A stretch of DNA of 61,353 bases, counting the filler. It is 5 parts of 5 records of this genome, joined end to end, with 100 filler letters (N's around TTAATTAATTAA, not from the genome) between each part and the next. Parts side by side here need not be neighbours in the genome. Positions count along the whole stretch, not along the records: positions 1 to 13,195 come from SRR20825010_5429; positions 13,296 to 31,718 come from SRR20825010_5450; 3 more parts are not named here. One strand, written 5' to 3'. The notes below the pieces were generated by a model that saw nothing but the letters and a program-made list of their open reading frames with translations, was not told the origin of the DNA and did not search any database. The position numbers and the translations under genes were made by a program. How positions within the stretch are numbered: position 1 is the first letter of the stretch; each line of letters begins with the position of its first letter. Positions 9,671 through 19,013 of this stretch are shown here, one piece after another.

Positions 9671-10786
9671 TTACCCGGCTTCGGCGAGGCTCTCCGCGCC
9701 AAGCCGCTTCCGCTCTTCCTCCAGTAACCGGCGCTTCCGGGGCACGCCCCAGCGATAGCCGGTCAGGCTACCGCCGGCGCCGACCGCGCGATGGCAGGGA
9801 ATGATCAGGGCGACGCGGTTGCTGCCGCAGGCCCGGCCGACGGCCCGGGGCGCGCCCGGTTTGCCGATGGCATGCGCCAGCTCGCCATAGGTCCGGGTCT
9901 CGCCATAGGGCACCTCCATCAGGGCTTCCCAGACCTGGCGCTGGAAGGCGGTTGCCTGGATATCGAGCGGCAGTTTGATATCGGGCAGCCGTCCTTCAAG
10001 ATGGGCGATCACGGTCTCGGTGATCCGGCCGAGCGTGTCGTCGTCCCGGACGATTTCCGCTTTCGGGAATTCCTCACGGAGTTCCGTCTCAAGCCTCGGG
10101 GCATCCTCGCCCAGGGCAAGAAAACAGATCCCGCTTTCCGTCGCGGCGATGAGAATCTGGCCGAGCGGGCTTGGCGCCAGGGTGAAGGCGATGACGGCGC
10201 CGCGCCCGCCCTTGCCGTAGGTCGCCGGTGTCATGCCGAGCTGACCGCGTGCCTTTTCATACAATCGGCTGGAGGAGCCGTACCCGGCCCCATACAACGC
10301 CGGGGAAACGGCTTCGCCAGATTTAAGATTTTCGCGCAGCCTGCCGAGCCGCCGCGCGTCCCAATATTGCCGGGGGGTGACGCCGGTCGCGGCCTTGAAG
10401 GTGCGTTGCAGGTGATAGGGAGAGAGGCCGGTGGCACTGGCCAGCGCATCCAGCGTCGGCGCGGCCTCGTCTGCGGCGTCGAGCAGCGCGCATGCGGCCT
10501 CGACAGCTTCAAGACGCCGGATCCCGGCCGCATCGGCACCAAGGCATTTGCGGCAGGCCCGGTAGCCGGCTGCCTCGGCGTCGGCCGCGCTGTCATAGAA
10601 ACGAACATTCTCGCGGTTCGGTCTGCGCGAGGAGCAACTTGGACGGCAATAGATGCCCGTACTTGTCACCGCGTAGAAAAACACACCATCCGCTTTCGCG
10701 TCGCGAGTCTGCACCGCTATCCAGCGCAGTGCATCGTCGGCGAAACGGTTCGATTCTGGGCGTTCGATTGAGTAATTGTCCGGCAT
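9671..10786 (-). CDS. ada: Bifunctional Ada regulator / O6-methylguanine-DNA methyltransferase
   Basis: GIYCRPSC...YRACRKC Zn site, AraC HTH, IPCHR active site; AGGAGG RBS before ATG 10786. Confidence 0.93.
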   Translation of the reverse strand: MPDNYSIERPESNRFADDALRWIAVQTRDAKADGVFFYAVTSTGIYCRPSCSSRRPNRENVRFYDSAADAEAAGYRACRKCLGADAAGIRRLEAVEAACALLDAADEAAPTLDALASATGLSPYHLQRTFKAATGVTPRQYWDARRLGRLRENLKSGEAVSPALYGAGYGSSSRLYEKARGQLGMTPATYGKGGRGAVIAFTLAPSPLGQILIAATESGICFLALGEDAPRLETELREEFPKAEIVRDDDTLGRITETVIAHLEGRLPDIKLPLDIQATAFQRQVWEALMEVPYGETRTYGELAHAIGKPGAPRAVGRACGSNRVALIIPCHRAVGAGGSLTGYRWGVPRKRRLLEEERKRLGAESLAEAG

Positions 10787-10845
10787 GGGTCCGGCCTCCT
10801 CGGTGACATCACCCATTTTATACCTTTTCCGGCCGACTTCCGACT

Positions 10846-10858
10846 ATCCGCCGCTTGC
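10846..10858 (-). promoter_or_regulatory. Putative Ada-binding box
   Basis: GCAAG-cgg-CGGAT (minus strand) upstream of a TAAAAT -10-like hexamer (10815-10820); GCAA is the Ada B-box core. Confidence 0.5.
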
Positions 10859-10955
10859 GCGGCAAACCGCGCAATTTTTGTGCGAAAGACGGGCCGGAAG
10901 AGAAAAAGCGAACATTTCATATTTTCAAATGAAAAGAGAAACTTAGTCGTCATTA

Positions 10956-10984
10956 TTGCAATGAAAATGTCACGGTTCTTTCAC
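10956..10984 (+). promoter_or_regulatory. Putative Pho box upstream of ugpB
   Basis: TTGCAAT-gaaa-ATGTCAC-ggtt-CTTTCAC: three heptamers at 11-bp period resembling CTGTCAY; ugp is a classic PhoB target. Confidence 0.55.
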
Positions 10985-11043
10985 CGTTCGGACGTGTGCC
11001 GGGAATAGGGTCGGCGCTCGTATTTCTTCCAACGGAGCCTCTT

Positions 11044-12351
11044 ATGAAAGCGACCAAGACGATCTTCGCCGCTGCGGCCGGCCTCGCCATGCTCGGCGCC
11101 GGTGCCGCAAACGCGGCCACCGAAATCACCTTCTGGCATGCCATGGGTGGCGGCCTCGGTGAGACGGTCAATACCATCGCCAAGGACTTCAACGCGTCCC
11201 AGAGCGAATACACGCTGACCCCGATCTACAAGGGCGGCTACGAAGAGACCATGACCGCCGGGATCGCCGCATTCCGCGCCGGTGAAGCGCCGAACATCAT
11301 CCAGATTTTCGATGCCGGTTCCGCCACCATCATCAATGCCAAGGGCGCCGTCTACCCGGTGGCCAGCCTGCTGAACGAGAACGGTGTTCCGTTCCACGCC
11401 GAGGATTACATCTCCGGCGTCCGTAACTTCTACGCGGACAGCAAGGGTGACATGATCGGCATGCCGTTCAACAGCTCCACCCCGGTGCTCTATTACAACA
11501 AGGACGCGCTCGCCAAAGCCGGCGTGCAGCCGCCGAAGACCTGGGAAGAGTTCGAGGAAATCGCGCCGAAGCTGAAGAAAGCCGGCTATATCGCCCTTTC
11601 CCAGTCCCACACCCCGTGGATCTTCTCCGAGAACTTCCATTCCCGGCACAACATCCCGCTGGCGAACGAGAATAACGGCTTCGACGGCGTTGCCACCAAG
11701 ATCAACTACAACAACGAACATATGCGCATGCACTTCTCCAAGGCACGCGAATGGCAGGAAGCCGGTCTGTTCGGGTATTACGGCAGCAAGTGGGGCGACA
11801 ACCAGAAGCCCTTCATCGACCAGGAAGTCGCCATGTGGCTCGGCTCTTCGGGGTCCTTCGGCGGTCTGAAGAGTGCTGCGAAGTTCAACTTCGGCACCAC
11901 CAACCTGCCGTACTGGAACAGCATCACTAAAGGTGAGGAATACACCACCTTCATCGGTGGCGCCGCGCTCTTTGCCTTCAGCGGCAAGGAAAAGGCCCAG
12001 AACGAAGGCGTTGCCAAGTTCTTCCAGTTCCTGACCAAGCCGGAAACCCAGTTCTTCTGGCACAAGGAAACCGGTTACGTTCCGATCACCAACGCCGCTT
12101 ACACGCTGGCCAAGGAATCCGGTTACTACAAGGACGAGCCGGACGCCGAAGTCGGTATCCAGCAGCTGAACCAGAAGGCGGCCGAAAACAACAAGGGCTA
12201 TCGCCTCGGCTACTACGTTCAGATCCGTGAAGTCATGACCCGCGAATATGATCAGGTCTTCGCCGGCACCAAGTCCGTCGACGACGCTTTCGCGGCCATC
12301 GAGGATGGCGCCAACAAGCTGCTGGCCCGCTTCGCCAAGACGGTTCAGTAA
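11044..12351 (+). CDS. ugpB: sn-glycerol-3-phosphate ABC transporter substrate-binding protein
   Basis: Signal peptide; TEITFWHAMGG, YKGGYEETM, MPFNSSTPVLYYNKD, IGGAAL, WHKETGYVP. Confidence 0.9.
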   Translation: MKATKTIFAAAAGLAMLGAGAANAATEITFWHAMGGGLGETVNTIAKDFNASQSEYTLTPIYKGGYEETMTAGIAAFRAGEAPNIIQIFDAGSATIINAKGAVYPVASLLNENGVPFHAEDYISGVRNFYADSKGDMIGMPFNSSTPVLYYNKDALAKAGVQPPKTWEEFEEIAPKLKKAGYIALSQSHTPWIFSENFHSRHNIPLANENNGFDGVATKINYNNEHMRMHFSKAREWQEAGLFGYYGSKWGDNQKPFIDQEVAMWLGSSGSFGGLKSAAKFNFGTTNLPYWNSITKGEEYTTFIGGAALFAFSGKEKAQNEGVAKFFQFLTKPETQFFWHKETGYVPITNAAYTLAKESGYYKDEPDAEVGIQQLNQKAAENNKGYRLGYYVQIREVMTREYDQVFAGTKSVDDAFAAIEDGANKLLARFAKTVQ

Positions 12352-12368
12352 CCAGCATTTCTCGTAAG

Positions 12369-12403
12369 AGCGGCGGGCGGTATCGATCGCCCGCCGCTTT
12401 CCT
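12369..12403 (+). terminator. Hairpin between ugpB and ugpA (partial terminator or mRNA stabiliser)
   Basis: AGCGGCGGGCG-gtatcgat-CGCCCGCCGCT followed by TTCCT. Confidence 0.65.
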
Positions 12404-12430
12404 GTTCCGGATCGTCAAGGGAAGTCGCCG

Positions 12431-13195
12431 ATGAAACGGCAGCAATTCGACAGTCTCACCCTGCCGTATCTGCTGATCGCGCCTCAGCTCGCGATCATCT
12501 TTATTTTCTTCGTCTGGCCTGCCGCACAGGCGGTCTACCAGTCCTTCATGCTGGAAGATCCGTTCGGTCTGGCCAGCCAGTTCGTCGGTTTTGATAATTT
12601 CATCGAGGTGGTCTCAAACGAGCATTACGCGCGCTCTGCCCTCTTCACCGCGATTTTCTCCGGGCTGGTCGCCTTTCTCTCCATGGCCATCGCCCTGCTG
12701 CTGGCGGTGAAGGCGGACGGTATCCTGCATGGCCAGTCGGCCTACAAGATCATGCTGACCTGGGTCTATGCGGTCGCTCCGGCGGTTGCCGGCATGATGG
12801 GAGTCTTCCTGTTCGACCGCAGTATTGGCCCGCTCAATCACCTGTTCAACGCCACCGGCTGGCCGTTCAATCCGCAGCTCGACGTGTTCGATGCCTCGGT
12901 GACGGTGATCCTGGTGTCGGTCTGGAAGCAGATCAGCGTGAATTTCATCTATTTCCTGGCCGGTCTGCAGTCTATCCCGCGCGCCGTGCGCGAGGCGGCC
13001 CTGATCGACTGCCGCAACGGCTTCCGCCGATTCTGGACCGTGACCCTGCCGCTCTTGGCGCCGACCGGCTTCTTCGTTCTGGTGATCAACATCACCTATG
13101 CCTTCTTCGAGACCTTCGGCGTGATCGACACGATGACCCGTGGCGCCCCCGGCGGCGGCACGGCGACGCTGGTCTACAAGGTCTATCAGGACGGC
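12431..13195 (+). CDS. ugpA: G3P ABC transporter permease (3'-truncated)
   Basis: PYLLIAPQL, FVGFDNF, LAGLQSIP..EAALID (EAA loop), ITYAFFETFG. Confidence 0.9.
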
Positions 13196-13295
13196 NNNNN
13201 NNNNNNNNNNNNNNNNNNNNNNNNNNNNNNNNNNNNNNNTTAATTAATTAANNNNNNNNNNNNNNNNNNNNNNNNNNNNNNNNNNNNNNNNNNNN
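13196..13295. other. Artificial contig linker
   Basis: N44-TTAATTAATTAA-N44; stop codons in all six frames. Confidence 0.99.
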
Positions 13296-13314
13296 AAACG
13301 TGGAGGGCCACACT

Positions 13315-15729
13315 ATGCAACACCAGAGAAATACAGAAAAATCCATGCGGGCTGAACTGGGGCGCGGTAAGTCGCTGACGGCATCGGCAATCGTACTGGC
13401 GCTAAGTTCAAGCATATCACATCATGCACTTGCGCAAGCCGCGCAGAGCGGCGGAAGCTCGACAAGCGAGTTTGAAATTGAAGAGGTGGTTGTCACGGCC
13501 ACGCGGCGCGAAGCGTCAATCGACAAAGTGCCCATGAGCATCTCGGCCTTCTCGGGCGCTGAGCTTGAAGCCAAAACCATAAAGGCGATTGACGATGTAG
13601 CTCGGTTCACGCCGGGTGTGCACTTCGCCCCTGCAGACGGTTTGGTAAATAGCATCTCCATTCGTGGCGTGGCGTCTGGCGTGGGTGCATCCACAACCGG
13701 TATTTATGTTGACGATACACCGATACAGGTGCGCTCAGGTACCGGTGTGGTGACCGAGACTACCTATCCGCAGATTTTCGATCTCCAGCGCGTGGAGGTT
13801 TTGCGCGGTCCTCAGGGCACATTGTTCGGGACCGGATCCATGGGCGGCACCATTCGCTTCATTACGCCAGAACCCGGGCTCCAGGATTATACCGGGCACG
13901 CCAAAAGCGAGATCAGCACCACCGAAGGCGGCGAAGCGAGTTATGAGATGGGCGCCGCTGTTGGCGGGCCGCTGATTGAAGACAAGCTCGGCTTTCGTGC
14001 CAGCTTGCTTTACCGCAAGGCAGGGGGGTACGTCGACCGCACGCCGTTCACTGGCACTGACGTGACGGAAGAAGACATCAATGCCGACAAAACAGTTGTT
14101 TTCCGTGGAGCCCTCAAGCTTGCGGCAACGGATAATCTGACAATTTCGCCCTCGATCCTCTATCAGGACAGAAACAGCCACGATAGCCACTATTGGAACA
14201 GTCTGTCAGACAGGGATAGCTCGGACTTTGTGACCGGCAATACCCAGGCAGAACCTATTGATGACAAATATTCTCTCAGCGCGCTGAAGATCGAATGGGA
14301 CATCGGCGACATGCAGCTTATTTCAAACACGTCCTATTTTGACCGGAAGCTGGACCGTCTCTCAGACTATTCCAACTTTATCTGGCAGGCCCTTGTGGGA
14401 GACCCGATTCCGGTTGAGCCACTGGCTGAATACCGTGCAGTTTCAAACTCCGGCGTCACCCAGAAAGACTTTACGCAGGAATTTCGTTTGCAATCGGGCG
14501 ATGCCGACAGCCGTTTCAATTGGGTGGTTGGTGCTATTTTCCAGCGCGCGCGTCTGCAAACCTACCAACTTGTTATCGATCCTTTTTTGCCTGAACTGAC
14601 AGACAGCATCTATGGCTGCACACTTGAGGCAGATGATTGTTTTGGTGACGGCCTTGTGGACGGTATCTACAGCGGCACCATTGATCAAACCGCCATCGAT
14701 AAACAGGCAGCAATATTTGGTGAGGCAGAATATGCAATTCTCGACAATCTCAAGCTAACAGTGGGCCTCCGGTATGCCCATACAAAGCTGGATTTTGAGC
14801 GTGAAGTAGCGGGTCCGCTGCTGTGCAGCATCTGTAACAGTCAACCTGAACCCAGCGGCGGTAACACACCGGTTGAAAAACCGCTGACGCCGAAAGTTTC
14901 CCTGAGCTGGGAACCGAGCCTCGACACCACACTTTATGTAACAGCCGGTAAAGGCTACCGGGTTGGCGGCGTGAACTTCGCGCCCACACCGACGGGTAGC
15001 CCTGGTTGCCCTGCAGGAGTGCAGGCACCTGAAACCTATGCGTCAGATGACCTCTGGAGCTACGAAGTTGGCGGTAAAACCAGACTGTCTGGCGGGCGGG
15101 TGAAACTGCAGGGCAGCGCCTACTACATCAAGTGGAATGATGTGCAACAGTATGTCACCAACACCGGGTGTATCACCTCTGCTTACAAAGACAATCTCGG
15201 TACAGTGGAAATCAAGGGCTTTGATTTTGGAGTGTTAGTGCAGCCGGTTGCCAATCTGATACTGGAAGCTTCTGGCAGTTACACTGATGCGCAATATAAT
15301 CAAACGGTCTATGGCGCACCGGACAGTGGTACGGGCGCGCCGACCATTATTGCCAACGACGGGAATTCAACCGGCGTTGCACCATGGAACCTGCAGTTCT
15401 CGGGTCAGTATGATTATACGCTGATGTCAAGGCAGGCGTTTGTGCGGGTCGATTATACCTATGCCTCACGCAACAATGTGAACACACCGGTGCAGGATCC
15501 GCTTACCACCAGCTACGACCCTGATATGTTTACCGATCCTGCCGTTGCCATGTTGGGTGCACGCCTTGGTGTCGCTGTTGGTGCTTTTGACCTGGCAATC
15601 TATGGCACCAACCTTTTGAACAAAAGCCCCGCCATTGGCCGGTACCACGACAGCCTTGGTAGCCCGCTCTATTATTCAACTACCATCAGGCCGCGTACCA
15701 TTGGCCTGAGCGCGGCCGTGCGATTCTAA
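13315..15729 (+). CDS. TonB-dependent outer-membrane receptor
   Basis: EEVVVTATRR TonB-box region, VEVLRGPQGTLFG plug motif, C-terminal PRTIGLSAAVRF; GGAGG RBS before ATG 13315. Confidence 0.93.
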   Translation: MQHQRNTEKSMRAELGRGKSLTASAIVLALSSSISHHALAQAAQSGGSSTSEFEIEEVVVTATRREASIDKVPMSISAFSGAELEAKTIKAIDDVARFTPGVHFAPADGLVNSISIRGVASGVGASTTGIYVDDTPIQVRSGTGVVTETTYPQIFDLQRVEVLRGPQGTLFGTGSMGGTIRFITPEPGLQDYTGHAKSEISTTEGGEASYEMGAAVGGPLIEDKLGFRASLLYRKAGGYVDRTPFTGTDVTEEDINADKTVVFRGALKLAATDNLTISPSILYQDRNSHDSHYWNSLSDRDSSDFVTGNTQAEPIDDKYSLSALKIEWDIGDMQLISNTSYFDRKLDRLSDYSNFIWQALVGDPIPVEPLAEYRAVSNSGVTQKDFTQEFRLQSGDADSRFNWVVGAIFQRARLQTYQLVIDPFLPELTDSIYGCTLEADDCFGDGLVDGIYSGTIDQTAIDKQAAIFGEAEYAILDNLKLTVGLRYAHTKLDFEREVAGPLLCSICNSQPEPSGGNTPVEKPLTPKVSLSWEPSLDTTLYVTAGKGYRVGGVNFAPTPTGSPGCPAGVQAPETYASDDLWSYEVGGKTRLSGGRVKLQGSAYYIKWNDVQQYVTNTGCITSAYKDNLGTVEIKGFDFGVLVQPVANLILEASGSYTDAQYNQTVYGAPDSGTGAPTIIANDGNSTGVAPWNLQFSGQYDYTLMSRQAFVRVDYTYASRNNVNTPVQDPLTTSYDPDMFTDPAVAMLGARLGVAVGAFDLAIYGTNLLNKSPAIGRYHDSLGSPLYYSTTIRPRTIGLSAAVRF

Positions 15730-15743
15730 AAGGGAAGGCAACG

Positions 15744-17396
15744 ATGATGATGAAGTTCTTGCAAAACAAATCGCATAGAGGCGTCAGGCACTGGCGTCGC
15801 TATCCAGCGTTGGTGTCTTTCCTGTTGGCAAGTCTTACTGGCCTTGGAGTATCGGCAGCCCAAGTTCGGGGGCATGAGCCAATATATGCTCAAACCGAGC
15901 AGGGACGAGTTGAAGGCCAGGTGCTGGATAAGGTCAATGCGTTCCGGGGTATCCGATATGCTGCGCCGCCAGTGGGGACGCTCAGATTTCAGCCGCCCAC
16001 GCCTGCCATTGCATGGCGGGGCACACGTCCGGCGCTTGATTTTCCGCCCGCATGTCCGCAAGTGCCGTCCGATGACGACACGGAGGACAGCGATGTTTTC
16101 ATGGCCGAAGACTGTCTTGGTCTCAATATCTGGACCCCGGCGGTAGACGGCGAGAAACGACCCGTGCTGGTGTGGATCCATGGTGGCGGTTTTGTCGTCG
16201 GGTCCACGGAAAGCAGTTGGTACAATGGCGCCAATCTGGCTGCACGGGGCGATGCTGTGGTTGTTTCAATCAACTACCGCTTGGGTGCGTGGGGCTTTCT
16301 GGCGCTGGGCCCGATGGGTGATGAGCGATACAGGGAAAGCGCCAATGTGGCGCTGCTTGATCAAATCGCCGCGCTTGCATGGGTGCGTGACAATATCGCC
16401 AATTTTGGGGGTGACCCGAACAGTGTAACGATATTTGGCGAGTCAGCCGGCGCAGCGAGCGTGGGTGATCTGTTGGCCATGTCACAGGCAGAGGGGCTGT
16501 TCCATAAGGCTATTCTCCAAAGTGGTGGTCCTATGCGGGATGCAGGACGTACGGACCGTGCGGTCGCTCTATCCAAGCGTTTCCTTGCCATCGCCGGGGC
16601 AAAATCGGCTGACGATATGCTCAAGCTATCCATGGAAGATTTGCTCGTAGCGCAGGAAAAACTATTCTCCGAAAGTGCAGATGTCGGCACCTTTGGCCCA
16701 TTGGTAGATGGCGTGGTGATAAAAGAAGCGCCATTTAAGACCCTGCGGGAAGGCCGGGGACATCATGTGCCGGTACTGGTGGGTACTACGTCTGAGGAAA
16801 TGCGATATTTTGTCAGTGCGATAGAAAGCGACCTCGGTGATAAACCGGCGGATCTGCTTTTGGAACAAATGACAGATATCGCTGGCACGCGGGCCCAAAG
16901 CATCATTGATGTGTACCAGCGCGAATATCCGGAGTGGGTCGATACGGTCATCCAGATAGGGTCAGACGCTTTTCTTCGGCTTCCGGCTATCGACCTTGCC
17001 GAGATGCTACGCCAGACCCAGCCGGTTTATATGTATCTGTTCAACTACCGGTCCAATTCCACACACAAGAATTACGGGGCCGCCCATGCCATGGATATCC
17101 CGTTCGTTTTTGGGGTGCTGGATGACCCAAGTGTCATTCAGTTCACGGGAGATGATCCGAGACGAGAGCGCATTGCCGAACAAACGATGGACGCTTGGGT
17201 ATCCTTCGCCAGAAATGGTGACCCAACGATCTCGGGTGGCCCTGATTGGCCGGTGTATGAACCCAGCACCCGACAAACCATGGAATTTGGGCCTGATATG
17301 CGTCTGGTATCCGACCCGCTTGCAGCGCAACGCAAGGTTTGGGGCGATGCCCGGGCGACGGTTGAGCAGGCGTGGACTCTCATGAACGACAACTGA
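15744..17396 (+). CDS. Type-B carboxylesterase, probably exported
   Basis: FRGIRYA, EDCLGLNIW, HGGGF, FGESAG nucleophile, GTTSEE, AAHAMDIPFVFG; hydrophobic N-terminal leader. Confidence 0.92.
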   Translation: MMMKFLQNKSHRGVRHWRRYPALVSFLLASLTGLGVSAAQVRGHEPIYAQTEQGRVEGQVLDKVNAFRGIRYAAPPVGTLRFQPPTPAIAWRGTRPALDFPPACPQVPSDDDTEDSDVFMAEDCLGLNIWTPAVDGEKRPVLVWIHGGGFVVGSTESSWYNGANLAARGDAVVVSINYRLGAWGFLALGPMGDERYRESANVALLDQIAALAWVRDNIANFGGDPNSVTIFGESAGAASVGDLLAMSQAEGLFHKAILQSGGPMRDAGRTDRAVALSKRFLAIAGAKSADDMLKLSMEDLLVAQEKLFSESADVGTFGPLVDGVVIKEAPFKTLREGRGHHVPVLVGTTSEEMRYFVSAIESDLGDKPADLLLEQMTDIAGTRAQSIIDVYQREYPEWVDTVIQIGSDAFLRLPAIDLAEMLRQTQPVYMYLFNYRSNSTHKNYGAAHAMDIPFVFGVLDDPSVIQFTGDDPRRERIAEQTMDAWVSFARNGDPTISGGPDWPVYEPSTRQTMEFGPDMRLVSDPLAAQRKVWGDARATVEQAWTLMNDN

Positions 17397-17572
17397 GACA
17401 ATGTAACCCCCGGGACAGGCAAGCCTGATTGTGAAGGTACGATTGAGCGTTTCACATCGGCTTGCCTGAAACTGGCTTTCAAACAGTTGCCGGTCACTTG
17501 TCCGGTGGCCACCAGTTGGTGTGGTGCCGGTTTTACGGCAGTCACCTTATCTTACCAGCACAGAGTATCTAT

Positions 17573-19012
17573 ATGTTGAACACTCAGACCAGTGACGGGC
17601 CCAAGACACTTTATGACAAGCATATTGATGCTCATACAGTATGTAGTCTGGACGATCAGGGCCACGTCCTTCTCTATGTCGACCGGCAGGTGCTGAACGA
17701 ATACACCAGCCCGCAGGCTTTCAGCGGAATTCGGGACGCGGAACGAAGCGTTTGGCGGCCCAACACCTCACTCGCTGTTGTTGATCATGTGAATTCAACG
17801 TCTGCTGAGCGTAGACAAGTGCGCCGCGGGGACAACGGTGTCCTGCAAATCGAATATTTGCGGAAAAACTGCGAAGACTATGGCATTGAGCTTTTTGATA
17901 TTCTCGACAAGAGGCAGGGAATTGAGCATGTGGTTGCCCCAGAGCAAGGGTTTATCCTGCCTGGTATGGTGGTAGCCGCTGGTGACAGCCATACCACAAC
18001 ATACGGAGCGTTGGGGGCTTTCGGGTTTGGCATTGGTACGTCTGAGATTGAACATCTGCTGGTGACGCAAACCCTTGTTTACAAGCGCCTCAAAACCATG
18101 CGGATCACCATATCGGGAAGGCTGCCCATTGGTGTTACGTCGAAAGACATCATCATGGCTGTGATCCGCAAGATCGGAGCCTCGGGTGCGTCAGGGTACG
18201 CGGTAGAGTTCGCGGGCTCCCTCATTCACGACCTGAGCGTTGAGGCGCGCATGACCATATGCAACATGGCGGTTGAAGCTGGTGCGCGCGGTGCTTTCAT
18301 GGCGCCAGACGAGAAAGTTTTCCAGTATCTTAAGGCAACGCCGCGCGCGCCTCGGGGGCTGGATTGGGAAAGGGCGGTCACAGCTTGGCGAGCCTTGCGG
18401 TCTGACGATCAGGCTGTTTTTGATCGGGAGGTATATCTTGATGCTGAAGATGTGGAGCCGATGGTCTCCTGGGGCACCAGCCCGGATCAGGTAGCAGGCA
18501 TTGATGGTGCGGTGCCTGGCCTGCGTGCAGGCGCGGAAGGCGGTATAAACCATAATATGGAGCGCGCCCTAAGCTATATGGGATTGAGCCCTGGTCAGCC
18601 GCTCGCCGGTGTGCCGATAACTCACGCTTTTATCGGTTCCTGCACTAACGCTCGCATCGAAGACCTGCGCGATGTGGCCCGTGTTGTCCGTGGCCGGAAG
18701 GTCGCAACGGGTGTGAGGGCTATCATTGTGCCAGGGTCCACCCAGGTGAGAGAACAGGCAGACGCAGAAGGGCTGGCCGGGATTTTCATTGATGCGGGAT
18801 TTGAGTGGCGACAGTCCGGCTGCTCCATGTGTCTTGCGATGAATGATGATGTTCTGGGCCCAGGCGACCGCTGTGCCTCCAGTACCAATCGCAACTTCGA
18901 AGGCAGGCAAGGCGCTGGTGCACGCACCCATCTCATGAGCCCCGCCATGGTGGCGGCAGCGGCTGTTAAAGGCCATATTTTCGATGTGCGCAAACTGGAA
19001 AGGGCTGATTGA
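17573..19012 (+). CDS. LeuC-family (aconitase superfamily) [4Fe-4S] hydro-lyase large subunit, divergent paralog
   Basis: TLYDK, TSPQAF, GDSHT, GIGTSE, FIGSCTN, GCSMCLAMN, SSTNRNFEGRQG; several substrate-pocket motifs differ from true LeuC. Confidence 0.9.
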   Translation: MLNTQTSDGPKTLYDKHIDAHTVCSLDDQGHVLLYVDRQVLNEYTSPQAFSGIRDAERSVWRPNTSLAVVDHVNSTSAERRQVRRGDNGVLQIEYLRKNCEDYGIELFDILDKRQGIEHVVAPEQGFILPGMVVAAGDSHTTTYGALGAFGFGIGTSEIEHLLVTQTLVYKRLKTMRITISGRLPIGVTSKDIIMAVIRKIGASGASGYAVEFAGSLIHDLSVEARMTICNMAVEAGARGAFMAPDEKVFQYLKATPRAPRGLDWERAVTAWRALRSDDQAVFDREVYLDAEDVEPMVSWGTSPDQVAGIDGAVPGLRAGAEGGINHNMERALSYMGLSPGQPLAGVPITHAFIGSCTNARIEDLRDVARVVRGRKVATGVRAIIVPGSTQVREQADAEGLAGIFIDAGFEWRQSGCSMCLAMNDDVLGPGDRCASSTNRNFEGRQGAGARTHLMSPAMVAAAAVKGHIFDVRKLERAD

Positions 19013-19013
19013 T

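Noticed and set aside
8473-12063. Long antisense or alternate-frame ORFs (8473-9591, 8723-9643, 9791-10771, 10981-12063; similarly 5375-6214, 49522-50475, 56098-56829, 57614-58420)
   Set aside because: Shadows of well-supported genes in GC-rich DNA; no family motifs.
13196-13295. TTAATTAATTAA palindrome flanked by Ns (also 31719-31818, 48023-48122, 55137-55236) as a biological repeat or att site
   Set aside because: Identical 100-bp construct with stops in six frames; an assembly linker. ORFs running into it are truncated genes, not pseudogenes.
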